From contig NW_021831981.1 in the NCBI RefSeq assembly GCF_006345805.1, positions 1-33,600 on the forward strand: DNA of 33,600 nt, given 5' to 3'. This stretch comes from Octopus sinensis. Lineage: Eukaryota. This document shows, one piece after another, positions 33,470-33,600 of the stretch. Each line of letters opens with the position of its first letter. Positions within the stretch are counted from its first letter, which is position 1. The notes under the pieces were generated by a model that was not told the DNA's origin, ran no database searches, and was given only the letters and a program-made list of their open reading frames with translations. A program made the translations under genes and the position numbers.

Positions 33470-33600
33470 GTCCGAGTCTAGGACATTTACCGACCCCTCA
33501 TGGACAATATCCCCTGCCCCCAAAGACAATTACCCCTGAGGACAACAGATGATGATTTAAAACTGCTTCATATATTGGAGAGGGGTAATAAACCAAGGGG
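33470..33600. mobile_element. Possible DNA-transposon terminus with reiterated (G/A)GACAATTACCCC-like subterminal motifs, truncated by the window end
   Basis: GGACATTTACC (33481), GGACAATATCCCC (33503), AGACAATTACCCC (about 33524), GGACAAC (33540). Confidence 0.3.

Overview
Eukaryotic, extremely microsatellite-rich DNA, almost certainly Octopus (inferred from many copies of two octopus-type tRNA-derived SINE families, recognised from memory rather than by database search). It is largely non-coding; nearly all ORFs in the supplied track are translations of simple repeats. Recognisable content: SINEs, several MITEs (hAT-like, Merlin-like with an 8-bp TSD, Tigger/pogo-like, two Helentron/HINE-like), decayed RTE and R4/Dong LINE fragments, and a 1-kb minisatellite with higher-order structure. 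Two signals stand out. (1) Three different type I hammerhead-ribozyme folds lie on the + strand within 1.1 kb (1951-3073), embedded among (AT)n tracts, each with the palindromic or near-palindromic stem-loop III typical of Penelope-like-element (PLE) hammerheads; one has an intact catalytic core. (2) A 1.7-kb L1/Tx1-like retroposon encodes only an RRM+CCHC ORF1 (one frameshift) and has a 19-bp TSD and an AATAAA tail. It is inserted into a sequence bounded by ~150-bp direct repeats that themselves carry a hammerhead-like core. A few candidate host exons are listed at low confidence; no host gene could be named.
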